Origin: Candidatus Heimdallarchaeum aukensis
GTDB lineage: Archaea; Asgardarchaeota; Heimdallarchaeia; Heimdallarchaeales; Heimdallarchaeaceae
Assembly: GCA_021513695.1 (NCBI GenBank)
Contig: CP084166.1
Coordinates: 32,001-96,000, forward strand
Length of the DNA stretch: 64,000 nt
Direction of reading: 5' to 3'
Shown: piece after piece, positions 29,976 to 40,700 of the stretch
Layout: each line of letters starts with the position of its first letter
Numbering within the stretch: the stretch's first letter is position 1
The notes under the pieces: model-generated
What the model was told of the DNA's origin: nothing
What the model saw: the letters and a program-made list of their open reading frames with translations, nothing else
Database searches by the model: none
Made by a program: the position numbers and the translations under genes

Positions 29976-31031
29976 ATGGTAAACGAAGAATTTTTAAAAA
30001 AACTTGTTATAACACCAAGGGCTACAGGATACGAGTTTGGAGCTCAACAAATAATTAAGGAATATCTTGAGAAAGATGTAGACGAGATTTATGCAGACAG
30101 AGTGGGAAATCTTTATGCTGTTATTAATCCAGAAAGTCCATTTAAAGTGATGTTAGCAGGGCATATAGATCAAATTGGTTTCCAAATTAGCTATATCGAT
30201 GATAATGGTTTCTTATGGTTTAAACCTCTAGGTGGTTTCGATACTTCTACTTTACCTGGAAAGAGAGTAAAAGTTATAGGGAAAGGAGGGACATTTTTAG
30301 GAGTAATAGGCAAGAAAGCCATTCACTTGATGAAACCAGATGAAAGGAAGAAAGCACCTGAAATGGAAAAACTCTTCATTGATATTGGATGTAAGGATAA
30401 AGAAGAAGCTTCAACTAAAGTTCAAGTGGGAGACTTTGCTGTTTTTGATTATGGCTATGATAGATTAGGAGAACACAACTATGCAGTTTCTGCTGGTTTT
30501 GATGACTCTATAGGCTCATTTATTGTAGCAGAGATAATGAAAGAACTTGCCAAAGACAAAAACTTTTACGCTGGCGTGTATGGTGTTTCTACTGTTCAAG
30601 AAGAGATAGGATTACGCGGAGCTATTGTTGCAGCAAAGAAAATCAGTCCTGATGTGGGAATAGCTTTTGATGTAGGCTTTGCTTCTGATGCACCAGAGAT
30701 TGATAAAAAAGATGTAGGAGAAGTTAAACTTGGTGAAGGACCTATTATCTCTATTGGACCAAACCTAAACCCTGTACTAGTTAAAAGAATAATAGAAATA
30801 GCCGAGAAAAATGAAATTCCCATTCAACCTCATGCTGCTAATAGAGGAACAGGGACAGATGCAAATGCTATACAGCTATCAGGAGCAGCTACAGCTTTAG
30901 TTGGTATTCCAAATAGGTATATGCATACAGCTTCTGAAGTAATCTCTCTTGATGATGTAAAAAATATTGTAAAATTAGTAGTAGAAGTAATTAAATCAAT
31001 AACTGAAGAAGATACATTTATTCCATTCTAA
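29976..31031 (+). CDS. M42-family (TET/FrvX-type) aminopeptidase.
   Basis: GHIDQIGFQISYIDDNGFLWFKPLGGFD, FDDSIGS and TVQEEIGLRGA motifs are present. Size is about 350 aa. Confidence 0.85.
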   Translation: MVNEEFLKKLVITPRATGYEFGAQQIIKEYLEKDVDEIYADRVGNLYAVINPESPFKVMLAGHIDQIGFQISYIDDNGFLWFKPLGGFDTSTLPGKRVKVIGKGGTFLGVIGKKAIHLMKPDERKKAPEMEKLFIDIGCKDKEEASTKVQVGDFAVFDYGYDRLGEHNYAVSAGFDDSIGSFIVAEIMKELAKDKNFYAGVYGVSTVQEEIGLRGAIVAAKKISPDVGIAFDVGFASDAPEIDKKDVGEVKLGEGPIISIGPNLNPVLVKRIIEIAEKNEIPIQPHAANRGTGTDANAIQLSGAATALVGIPNRYMHTASEVISLDDVKNIVKLVVEVIKSITEEDTFIPF

Positions 31032-31043
31032 TTTCCTTTTTTT

Positions 31044-31880
31044 TTATTCAATTAGCATTGAAAGATCAAAGTTTTTTACCGAATGAGTTAAGGAACCAGA
31101 AGAAATATGGTTAACATTCTCTAATTCAAAATCTTCAATGTTGTCAATTTTTATGTTACCACTTAATTCAATAAGTATATTTTGGTTTATTTCTCTAATC
31201 TTTTTAACAACATGTTTTGCTTGTATTGGTTTAAAGTTATCAAGCATAATTATATCTGCTCCAGCTTTTGCTGCTTCAATAGCTTCCTCTTCATTTTTTA
31301 CTTCTACTTCTATTTTTTTACTAAAACTTACAGTTTCTTTTGCTTTTGCTATAGCTTCTGTTATTGAACTAAAAAGAGATAAGTGATTCTCTTTTAACAA
31401 AACCATGTCAGAAAGATTAAATCGATGAGTATCTCCACCACCTATTGTAACAGCATATTTATCATATTTTGCTAAACCAGGAACAGTCTTTCTAGTGGCG
31501 CATATTTTAAGGTTTGGGTTAATTTTTCTCGTTTTTTCTATCATTTGAGCAGTAGTTGTTGCTATTCCAGACATTCTACCAAGTATATTCAAAGCGATTC
31601 TTTCTCCTTGAAGAAGACTCTTGATGTTACCTTTGATTTCTGCAATAACTTGTTTTTTACTAACTTTTTGCCCCTCTTGCACATTTGCGTTCCATTCTGC
31701 TCCAAGAAGAGTAAAGATTTTTTCTGCAACTGTTAAACCTGCAATAATACCTTCCTGTTTAGCGAAAATTTTTGCTTTTACTTTTTTATCTGGAAGAAGA
31801 TTAGTTGTAATATCCCAATAAGGGATATCCTCTTTTAACCATTCTTTGATATCTTCTTCAATAAGAATCTCTGGTATCAT
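31044..31880 (-). CDS. nadC: Nicotinate-nucleotide pyrophosphorylase (quinolinate phosphoribosyltransferase).
   Basis: ATRKTVPGLAKYDKYAVTIGGGDTHRFNLSDMVLLKENH is the family signature. MLDNF motif is present. Confidence 0.9.
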   Translation of the reverse strand: MIPEILIEEDIKEWLKEDIPYWDITTNLLPDKKVKAKIFAKQEGIIAGLTVAEKIFTLLGAEWNANVQEGQKVSKKQVIAEIKGNIKSLLQGERIALNILGRMSGIATTTAQMIEKTRKINPNLKICATRKTVPGLAKYDKYAVTIGGGDTHRFNLSDMVLLKENHLSLFSSITEAIAKAKETVSFSKKIEVEVKNEEEAIEAAKAGADIIMLDNFKPIQAKHVVKKIREINQNILIELSGNIKIDNIEDFELENVNHISSGSLTHSVKNFDLSMLIE

Positions 31881-31899
31881 TGTGAAAACCAGATTTTTT

Positions 31900-32931
31900 C
31901 TAGTATTTTAGCATATTGTTTACTGCGTTGAAAGCTCGTTTTCTGATTCCTTCTTCAATTTCTATTATATTTTCTTCCTTTGGATTTTCTAAACACTCTA
32001 AAATATTAATAAGATTACTTTGTTTCATCATAGGGCAAATCATATTACTGTCTACAAACTTCAGATGGGGATATTCTACTTTCATTCGATCAATGAAACC
32101 TTGTTCAGTAACAAACAACACTTCTTTCGATGTCTTACTTGATTTAGAAAATCTGTGCATATCTCCTGTTCCCCCTACTAAATCAGAAATCTCAACAACT
32201 TCAGGTTTACACTCAAAATGAGAAAAAACTAAAGTGTCTTCATTTTTCTTTAGTTGCTCTAGTTTTTCTTTTGTAATTCTATCATGTGTTCTGCAATGTC
32301 CTCTGTAAGTGATAATCTTCTTTCCTGTAACTTTAGCTAAGTTTACTCCCATATTGTAATCAGGGACGAAAATAATTGTATCACTATCTAATTTCTCAAT
32401 AATTTTTCTTGCATTTGCAGAGGTACAACAGACATCAGCTTCAGCTTTTACATCAGCAGTTGTATTGACATAGCAAACAACAGGAGCTCCAGGATATTTC
32501 TTTTTTAATTTTCTAACATCCTCCCCAGTTATTGAATCTGCTAAAGTGCAACCTATTCCTCTTTTTGGAACTAAAACAGTTTTTTCAGGATTAAGAATTT
32601 TGGCTGTCTCAGCCATGAATTCTACACCACAAAAGAGAATAATGTCTTCTTTAACTTCAGTTGCTTTCTTGGATAATCCTAAACTATCTCCTACATTATC
32701 TGCAATACCAAAAATAATATCTGGAGTCTGGTAAGAATGAGCTAGAATATGTACTCCTTTTTTCTTCTTGAGTTTGTTAATTCTTAAAGTTAAAGGAGCG
32801 ATATCTAAACAGTCATTTAACGTCCATCCTAAATGACCTAGCTTTGAATATAGTCTCTGTACTTCATTTTCTATTTCATCTTGTGTAAAGCCAAATGTAA
32901 TCTGTTCAATCTGATTTTCAATAACTACCAT
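31900..32931 (-). CDS. nadA: Quinolinate synthase.
   Basis: AHSYQTPDI..IADNVGDSLGLS....ILFCGVEFMAETAKILNPEKTVL matches the NadA core. Conserved Cys residues are present. Confidence 0.9.
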   Translation of the reverse strand: MVVIENQIEQITFGFTQDEIENEVQRLYSKLGHLGWTLNDCLDIAPLTLRINKLKKKKGVHILAHSYQTPDIIFGIADNVGDSLGLSKKATEVKEDIILFCGVEFMAETAKILNPEKTVLVPKRGIGCTLADSITGEDVRKLKKKYPGAPVVCYVNTTADVKAEADVCCTSANARKIIEKLDSDTIIFVPDYNMGVNLAKVTGKKIITYRGHCRTHDRITKEKLEQLKKNEDTLVFSHFECKPEVVEISDLVGGTGDMHRFSKSSKTSKEVLFVTEQGFIDRMKVEYPHLKFVDSNMICPMMKQSNLINILECLENPKEENIIEIEEGIRKRAFNAVNNMLKY

Positions 32932-33345
32932 TTTTTAGACCAAGTAACGCTTCAATGAAGGTATATAAAGGAAATATGCTTTAGGAAAATATTACAAGAT
33001 TTTTTTGAAAAGAACTAATGTAACATAGAAAATAAATGCATTTTTAGAAAAATACAAGCAAAAATTGCCTAAATATAATAAAAAGGTGTTTTTTATTTTA
33101 AGGCATATCTAAAGAACTCTTGAGAATACTACTAATCGTTAAATTATTTAAAAATTATATACTCCCATTAGTATAAATTATAATCTTTTATTATAGGGTT
33201 ACAATTCTATAGATTTGAAGCATTGTTATTTTTTGTTATTTCTAGCTATCATTCTATTAATAATTAAACACAAGATAAATAAATAAAATTACAAACAATA
33301 AAATGATTAACTAACATAATTGTAAGTAGATTATTTGGTGTGAAA

Positions 33346-34392
33346 ATGAACATATTAATGGTTATAGCTGAAGAAGAAGTTTTTAGAAACTTTGCTGATA
33401 CAATTAAAGAACAATTAACAAGTAATTCAGATAATATCTCCTTTTCAGAAATTACAGAAAGTGAACTCGACACAACTCTACAAAACTCTACCTATACAAG
33501 AAATATTAAAACAACAGATCTTGTCATTTCTGTTGGAGATACAGGGACATTCTTAAAATCTATCTTTTTGTCAAATGGAGAAAAACCCGTTATTGCAGCT
33601 TCTTCAGAAAAGATTAGTTTCTTTACTGAAATGACACCCAACAATCTTGAGGAAGCTGTAGCTTCAATATTATCTAAAAGTTACACAATAGATGAATATA
33701 ATAGAGTAGTTCTACAAGATGCAGTGTCAAATGAATACTTGCCCGCATTAAACGAAATAGCTATTTTTCCAAATCGGTCAGCACAGCTAATGAGCTATAC
33801 ACTAACATTAGATAATAATTATATATATAGAGGAAGAGCTGATGGTATTATTGTTTCAACTCCCTTAGGTTCTACAGGCTATGCACTCTCTGCCAATGGT
33901 CCAATTGCTTATGGAAATCCAGACATTACTCTAATTGTACCTGTAAATCCTTTGAATAAAGATCACCATCCTGTTGTTGCCCCTGCGGAGTCTATCATAT
34001 CAATAACTAATTTAAAAGCGAAAACCCAAATAGAAGTTATAATAGATGGTCAAATTAGGAAGAAAATAGATGGACAAACAATTAAAATATTGAAAGCTAG
34101 AAAGAAAGCAAAAATAGTAAGAATTAGCAAAAATATAAATATTGTATCTAGATTAAGAAATAGGTTAGTAGAACTTGACCTACAATCATTAGAAGGTGTT
34201 CCTCCTTCAGCAAAATACATTTTTAAGTTACTACATACAGAGGGAGAAATGACACAAAGTGAAATAATACAAAGTACAGGTTTACCTTCAAGAACAGTTA
34301 GAAATGCACTCAAAATACTTAGTGAAAAAGGGTTAATTGGAAAAAGGAGATATCTACATGATGCAAGACAATCTATTTACTTTTTAATATGA
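33346..34392 (+). CDS. nadK: NAD kinase fused to a C-terminal winged helix-turn-helix domain.
   Basis: - VISVGDTGTFL is a degenerate GGDGT motif.
- ADGIIVSTPLGSTGYALSANGPI is the NAD kinase signature.
- The last roughly 70 aa (AKYIFKLLHTEGEMTQSEIIQSTGLPSRTVRNALKILSEKGLIGKR) read as a MarR/TrmB-type wHTH.
- The ATG at 33346 is preceded by GGTG. Confidence 0.75.
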   Translation: MNILMVIAEEEVFRNFADTIKEQLTSNSDNISFSEITESELDTTLQNSTYTRNIKTTDLVISVGDTGTFLKSIFLSNGEKPVIAASSEKISFFTEMTPNNLEEAVASILSKSYTIDEYNRVVLQDAVSNEYLPALNEIAIFPNRSAQLMSYTLTLDNNYIYRGRADGIIVSTPLGSTGYALSANGPIAYGNPDITLIVPVNPLNKDHHPVVAPAESIISITNLKAKTQIEVIIDGQIRKKIDGQTIKILKARKKAKIVRISKNINIVSRLRNRLVELDLQSLEGVPPSAKYIFKLLHTEGEMTQSEIIQSTGLPSRTVRNALKILSEKGLIGKRRYLHDARQSIYFLI

Positions 34393-34520
34393 CAAGCATA
34401 TTTATTATAAGACACCTCTCTAGAACAACATACTTTTTATTGGTTTTTAAAAATATTGTTTGTATTACTATTATTACAAAAATTATTATTTGTTTATATA
34501 CTAACAATATACCTCGAAGA

Positions 34521-34543
34521 AAGGCAAAAGACTGTTTTGCCTT
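34521..34543 (+). terminator. Perfect 9-bp stem / 5-nt loop hairpin downstream of nadK-wHTH and upstream of the giant operon.
   Basis: AAGGCAAAA-GACTG-TTTTGCCTT, followed by a T-rich tract. Whether it acts as a terminator or a regulatory element is unknown. Confidence 0.3.
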
Positions 34544-34709
34544 ACATGATTTTTAAACTTTAAATTTGACTGCTAAAAATGCAACTTTTCAAGGCTTGTA
34601 GTACATTTTATATATTAATTATCGTATAGTACTCTTTAGAGTTCTGGGATTGGAATTGGGGCTATTATTTCCTGGAGTAAGTAATTGAAAATTGAAAAGA
34701 AGTGTAAAA

Positions 34710-37700
34710 ATGAAAAAAAGTAAAATTAAAGTTATTTCTATTATCGCTATTTTTCTTCTCATCTTGAACGTCTCGACGATATACGTTCAAGGTCAGATGG
34801 TAGGTAATGAAACTAAATTAATGATGACTGGAAATCCTACAGAAGTTTATGAAGATCAGATAGCGATTCTGTATGATCCATTTAATGATATGACAAGAGA
34901 ACTAGCAAATTCGATTTATGAGACTGTTCATATGTTTTATTCTAACGTGAAAATGGTCAAAGTTTTCAATTTAGATTCATTTAACAGAGCTTTTTATGAT
35001 GATGATTGGATTAAAATCTATGTTTTCGACTCTGACTTAAAAGGAATAAAATTTGCTGGTTGGACAATGTCATGGAGAAAACTAACTGGATACTACAATG
35101 TTTTCAAAGATACAAGGCACATTGGAGTTTATGGAAACTCATACAAGATGGGTCCATATCTTAAGACTGAAAACTGTTATATAGAAAATACAGAGATTCT
35201 AGATTATCGTATTGCTTACATTCATGTATTGTGGTCATTATATGATATTTTTACAGAAAAAGAAGATGAAATTCTTCAACAAATAGGAGAAAATTTCAAA
35301 TTAATAGCAATTAAATATTTTGGAGATTCATTTGAAGAAATAATGTCTGCCGAGTTTGATCCACAAGGATTAGGTGTTGTTGACCCAAAAAAGGCAGAAG
35401 AAAGATTACAAGATTCAATGGACCAATATCCAAAGAGATTAAATAAAGTTAATCCATATACGGGTGAGTTAGTTGATCCAACAGCAGAGATTGAAGGATT
35501 TAATCCTGTAATGGATATTAAACCCAAAGCAGCGATAGATGAAGATGACATTGTTTTAGGTGAGTTTCCGTTCTTATCTTCGATTCCTGGAGCTGCAGGT
35601 GACGTTATTAAAATAATTTTAGAGTTTATAGGTGTCGAGATACCAGAAGGTTTATTGACTGTAGGTAAAGAATATGGGGGGCAGATCGTCGCAATAATTA
35701 AAGAGATACCTAAAATTATTGGTTTCTTTAAGGATCCAAGTGCAAGTAGTGCTATTGAACTATTTTTTGATGTAGCAAAAGAAATGTTTCCCAGTATAGA
35801 AGAATATAAGCCCTACTTCGATATAGTAGTGAAAGCCCTATTTTCGATAAAAGATATTGCTTCAGGGGATCTTACTCCTTTAATTGATATATCAATGGAA
35901 CTTCTACGATTTATAATTCCTGATAGTGTAGGAGATTTTGTTGACGATGTTTTTGATGCTTTAAACATATCAAGTGCCCTTTCTGATATTATTAGTGGAG
36001 TTACTAATGTTGGTGATTATCTTAAGAGTTTTCTCAATAGGCAACTAATTACAAATTTAATGAAGAAATTTATTGAACAGACTTTAGATCTAGGGGGAGA
36101 ATCCCAAAAATGGATAGATACCATTTCAGAGATTATTATGATTGCTTATGAAATTGCCAGCACTCGAGATATGGATCACATAATAGCGGATGTCTTTCCA
36201 CGATTAGGAAAATTAGTTTACAAGAACATCTTAGATATGACCTATGATGAAAATGTAGAAAATACCTTCAAAGGAATTGCTGTTGCAATTAAGATGGGTT
36301 TTGGAGCTGCTGGAATCATTGATGTTAATCTTAAGGATTCATTTATGGATTTAATAGGCTTCTTCTTCCCTGACCTCGTTGAGACAGTTAATGATGTTAA
36401 ATTCTTTGTTTCAAGTATTAGGTCTCAAATTGATTCCTTTATGGATCTTGTTAAAGATGTTTCAGAAGGTAAAAATCTAGATGTAAACAACGTTCATGAC
36501 CAAATTATATCTTTAATTACTGAGCTTAGTTCATTATCAGGTCATTCTCTCGATGCAAATAAGATAAATGTACTCTCTCAAGCTGTTTTGATGGCTTTAG
36601 CTCTAATAAATGGTGATTTTGAAGCTTTAAGTGATACTAGCTGCCTAACAAGTCTAGTTGATGGATTTCTAGAACATTTTATTGGACTAGAAGAAGGTCC
36701 TAGAGAAATTGTACAAAAGGCAATAGAAGCTGGAGCAGCTATTTTACCTTTCATTACTGGGAAAAAGAGTTTGAAAAAATATATTATGGGAAGACTTGAA
36801 GATTTTGCTGACAAATTCAAGAATCCTGGAGAAATAATTGAAAAGGTTCTTTATTATTTCCTAAGCAAGTACAACGCAAGTACTCAACTTTACCAACTTA
36901 TTGGAAAAATTGTAGGAATAGTCATTGACATCTTTTCTGGAGGATTTGACTTTTCTGTTCAAAATGTTATTCAGACAATAATCTCAATGGCAGTTGTAGT
37001 TTTGAACATGTTAGATGTCAATATTCCGTTAGAAGCAATGTACAAGAGTTTTCAACTTCTATGGGAAGAGGGGCCAGAATTTTCCAATGTTGTAAAAGTA
37101 GTTCAAGATATTATGGGATTACTTGGAGGAAGCATTGACCCAACAATTAAAACTACTGTAGAAACAGTTCTTACTTTTCTAGGAGGAGCAAAGAATATCT
37201 TCAAAGATGGAATAAAATGGATAATGAACCAACTTGTAGGTTGGGCAGCAGGGCAGATTGCTAATTTATTAAATATGCTTACTGATAAATTAAATGAACT
37301 GTTCCAATCTCTTGGTGATTTGGTAAGTTATGATTCTGAATTCCCAATTGGTTTCGGAAGTTTTACTGCCTTCCAGATGCGAGTATTCTTCTCTTTAAGT
37401 CCTGGATTCGAAATTAACCCTGAACCAATTCAAGAGCTCATTATGAGTATGATTTTTGATGGGTCAAAGGTTTTTGATCTCGATAATATCGGAGAATTGT
37501 TTAAGCTTATCTTAAAATCAATTTCAATTATTCCTATTTTCAAAGCTGGACTTGAAATCAAAGCAGGAACGTCTGGAAAGAACGACTTAATGAAGATGCT
37601 CCTTGATTCTCTTGGTCTGGAACTTTCATTCTCTGGCTCTGCAGGACTAACACTGCAATTAATGAAGATTTCTAATGGTAAAATAAGTACTAGTGATTTC

Positions 37701-40700
37701 TTCAAAGTAATAGAATTCTTCTTTAAATTCCAGATATCAATAGCTAAAACATTCCCATTAGCAGAATTTCTAGGTCCAGGAGGAGCAGTTTTAGCTAAAG
37801 TTGCAGAATTCTTAGGTTTAGGTGGAATTTACCTAAAGATAGAGTTCTTTATAGCAATAGAAATTGTTAAACGATGTGAGACACCTACTCAGAAGGCTGC
37901 AGATATTTTAACAATTGTAATAGGAATAGGTGTTTCTGTAATTATTGATATCGACTTGGTAATTGTTGGAATAAAAATAACTATAGGTTTTGTAGTGACG
38001 CTGACGTTTATCCAGGACTTCTTGGCGGACGCACCGCTGCAAGTGATACTCGAGATAGAGTTCACTGTAGCGGTGAAACTGACGTTCTTGTTCGTCGACT
38101 GGACAGGAACAGCGTCATGGGGTCCAGATCCAATTTATCTGGCAGGAGGACCGGATGATGAAAGCACAAAAGACGAAATGAGCGGCTTGGACGCAGATGG
38201 GGATGGGTTACCTGATTCATATGAGTTAGGAGTTCCAGGAATGAAAGTAGACAGCGATGACAGTGATGGAGACGGTTTATCAGACCAATTCGAAGTGAAA
38301 ACGAGTAAAACAGACCCTATCACTGCAGATTCTGACGATGATGGTCTAGATGATTACATGGAATATGAAGTCTTAAAGACCAATCCTCTACAAGTAGATA
38401 GTGACTATGATGGTTTAACTGACTATGAAGAAGTTGTTATCTATGGAACTGATCCTAATGCACAAGATACAGATGGTGATCAATTAGATGACTATTACGA
38501 AGTAAATACTGCATGGAATATCACTGGAATAACTCCAAGTGTAAGATTTGTTACAATTGGGGGAGTAGAGTATAAAGATCATACTGATCCTCTTAATCCT
38601 GATACTGATGGTGATGGACTTCTAGATGGACAAGAAGGAGAATTTGGGGCTTATTATGGACCAGAATTGTATAACACTTCAGACCCAAGTTGGGATCCCT
38701 ATCCAATATTCTACAATCAAGGATATACTCATCCATTAGATAATGATACCGATGATGATTCTTATAAACAATTAGCAAATGGAACTATAGCTCCAGATCG
38801 TCAGTTCTTAATCTATATGTCTGATAAGGTAGAAATAGATGGACAATGGGTTATTTTCATTGAAGATGATGAATTAATGGGTAGAGTAGTTAGAACTAAC
38901 CCAATTAACCCTGATACTGATGGTGATTCAGCAGTAATGGATAAATCTTGGAGAGGTGATGGGGCTCCTCTTGACTTTTTCCTGAAGTCTGATGGTTACG
39001 AACTCTGGTTAGATCCGCCGACAGACCCGAATGACGCGGATATGGACGATGATGGATTAATTGACGGTTTAGAGGGTTGGGGTAATAAGATCAGTAATCA
39101 TACTGATCCTCGTAATCCTGATACTGATGGTGATGGACTTGGAGACCTGCAAGATATTCTACTCGGTTCGGATCCTTTGAACCCTGATAGTGATATGGAT
39201 GGAATTCTAGATGGTGAGGAGTTCTTCAAGTATGGAACTAACCCCGCTTATGAAGATACAGATCATGATGGGCTTTTGGATGGTGAGGAAGTTTATCTAT
39301 TCCACACAAACCCTCTGGCGGTAGATAGCGATGGAGATGGGATAGATGATGGAATGGAGGTATTAGTTTATGGTTCAGACCCGATGGATGAAGATATGGA
39401 TAACGACGGTCTAACAGACTGGGAAGAGATTTTCTACTACTTTACCAATCCTAGAGATTACGACTCAGATGATGATGGTCTAAGTGATGCTATGGAGGTT
39501 TTAGATGAATATGCTATATACACTGACCCATTGAATTGGGACTCTGATAATGATTCAATCACATATCCTAATGAAAACGGAAATTATACTTTCCCACTTT
39601 CTGATGGAGATGAAGTACTAATTTACGGAACTGACCCATTGACAAGCGATACTGATGGAGATGGATTGCACGATTCGTTTGAACTATATCTTGGTTCAGG
39701 TTTAATTTACAACTTTACTCCTGTACCTTTGGATCCGTTATCTAACGATACTGATGGAGATGGAATATATGATGCAAATGAATACCACATTGCAAATGTC
39801 TCTAACATCATTTATCCTTATGTTAGTTTTATCATCACCCAACCTTACAATACTTCTCCAGTAGATCCAGACTCTGATGATGACGGGATTATCGATGGAG
39901 ACGAAGTCTATGTATATGGAACTATGCCAGATATGAAAGATACAGATGGAGATGGACTAGACGATTGGAGTGAACTTAATATTATGTATACTAACCCTCT
40001 GAGTTCGGATACGGACAATGACTATCTGACAGATTGGGAAGAATGGTATGCGGGTTTTGAACATCCAGGATATCTACTTGATCCTAACGACCCTGATTAT
40101 GATAATGATATGCTGCCAGATGGGCCAGAGTTACTACTTTACGGTTCTAATCCTAATAATGCCTATGAGATTGATCCAAGTTCAGGAAAAGTCGATGGTC
40201 TGTTGATGGATTGGGACCATGATGGTCTAGAAGATGGTTTAGAGTTCTTTGTATACAACACTAGTTATGTAGCAGGAGGAGGAGTCACCCAGCCAGATAG
40301 TGATAGAGATGGTTTGATGGATGGTGCAGAAGTATATGTTCATGGTACAGTCCCCACGAATTGGGATACTGACAATGATACATATAGTGATGGATTAGAA
40401 GTGATGTTAGGACTAGATCCTCTTACATATACAACAGAAGAGGAATTTATAGCAGCTCTATCTGCAAATCAAGATATGCTAGAAGCAGGAGTACTAGTTA
40501 TCTCACCAATAGAAGGTGGAATTTACTCTCCTTCTAACTATACTTTCATCCTCTATAACGTGACAGAACTACTGGGCGTACAATATCAAATGAAGAAGAA
40601 CAAACAAGATTTCGGAGACAACATGAGTATGTACTATGATGATGTTTCAAGGACGTGGATAACTCAAGGAGATTATATTGGACCTGGAGATTATATCGTC

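Noticed and set aside
33264-33473. A 69-aa minus-strand ORF overlapping the nadK start.
   Set aside because: It overlaps the well-supported NAD kinase CDS and promoter region, and no motif supports it.
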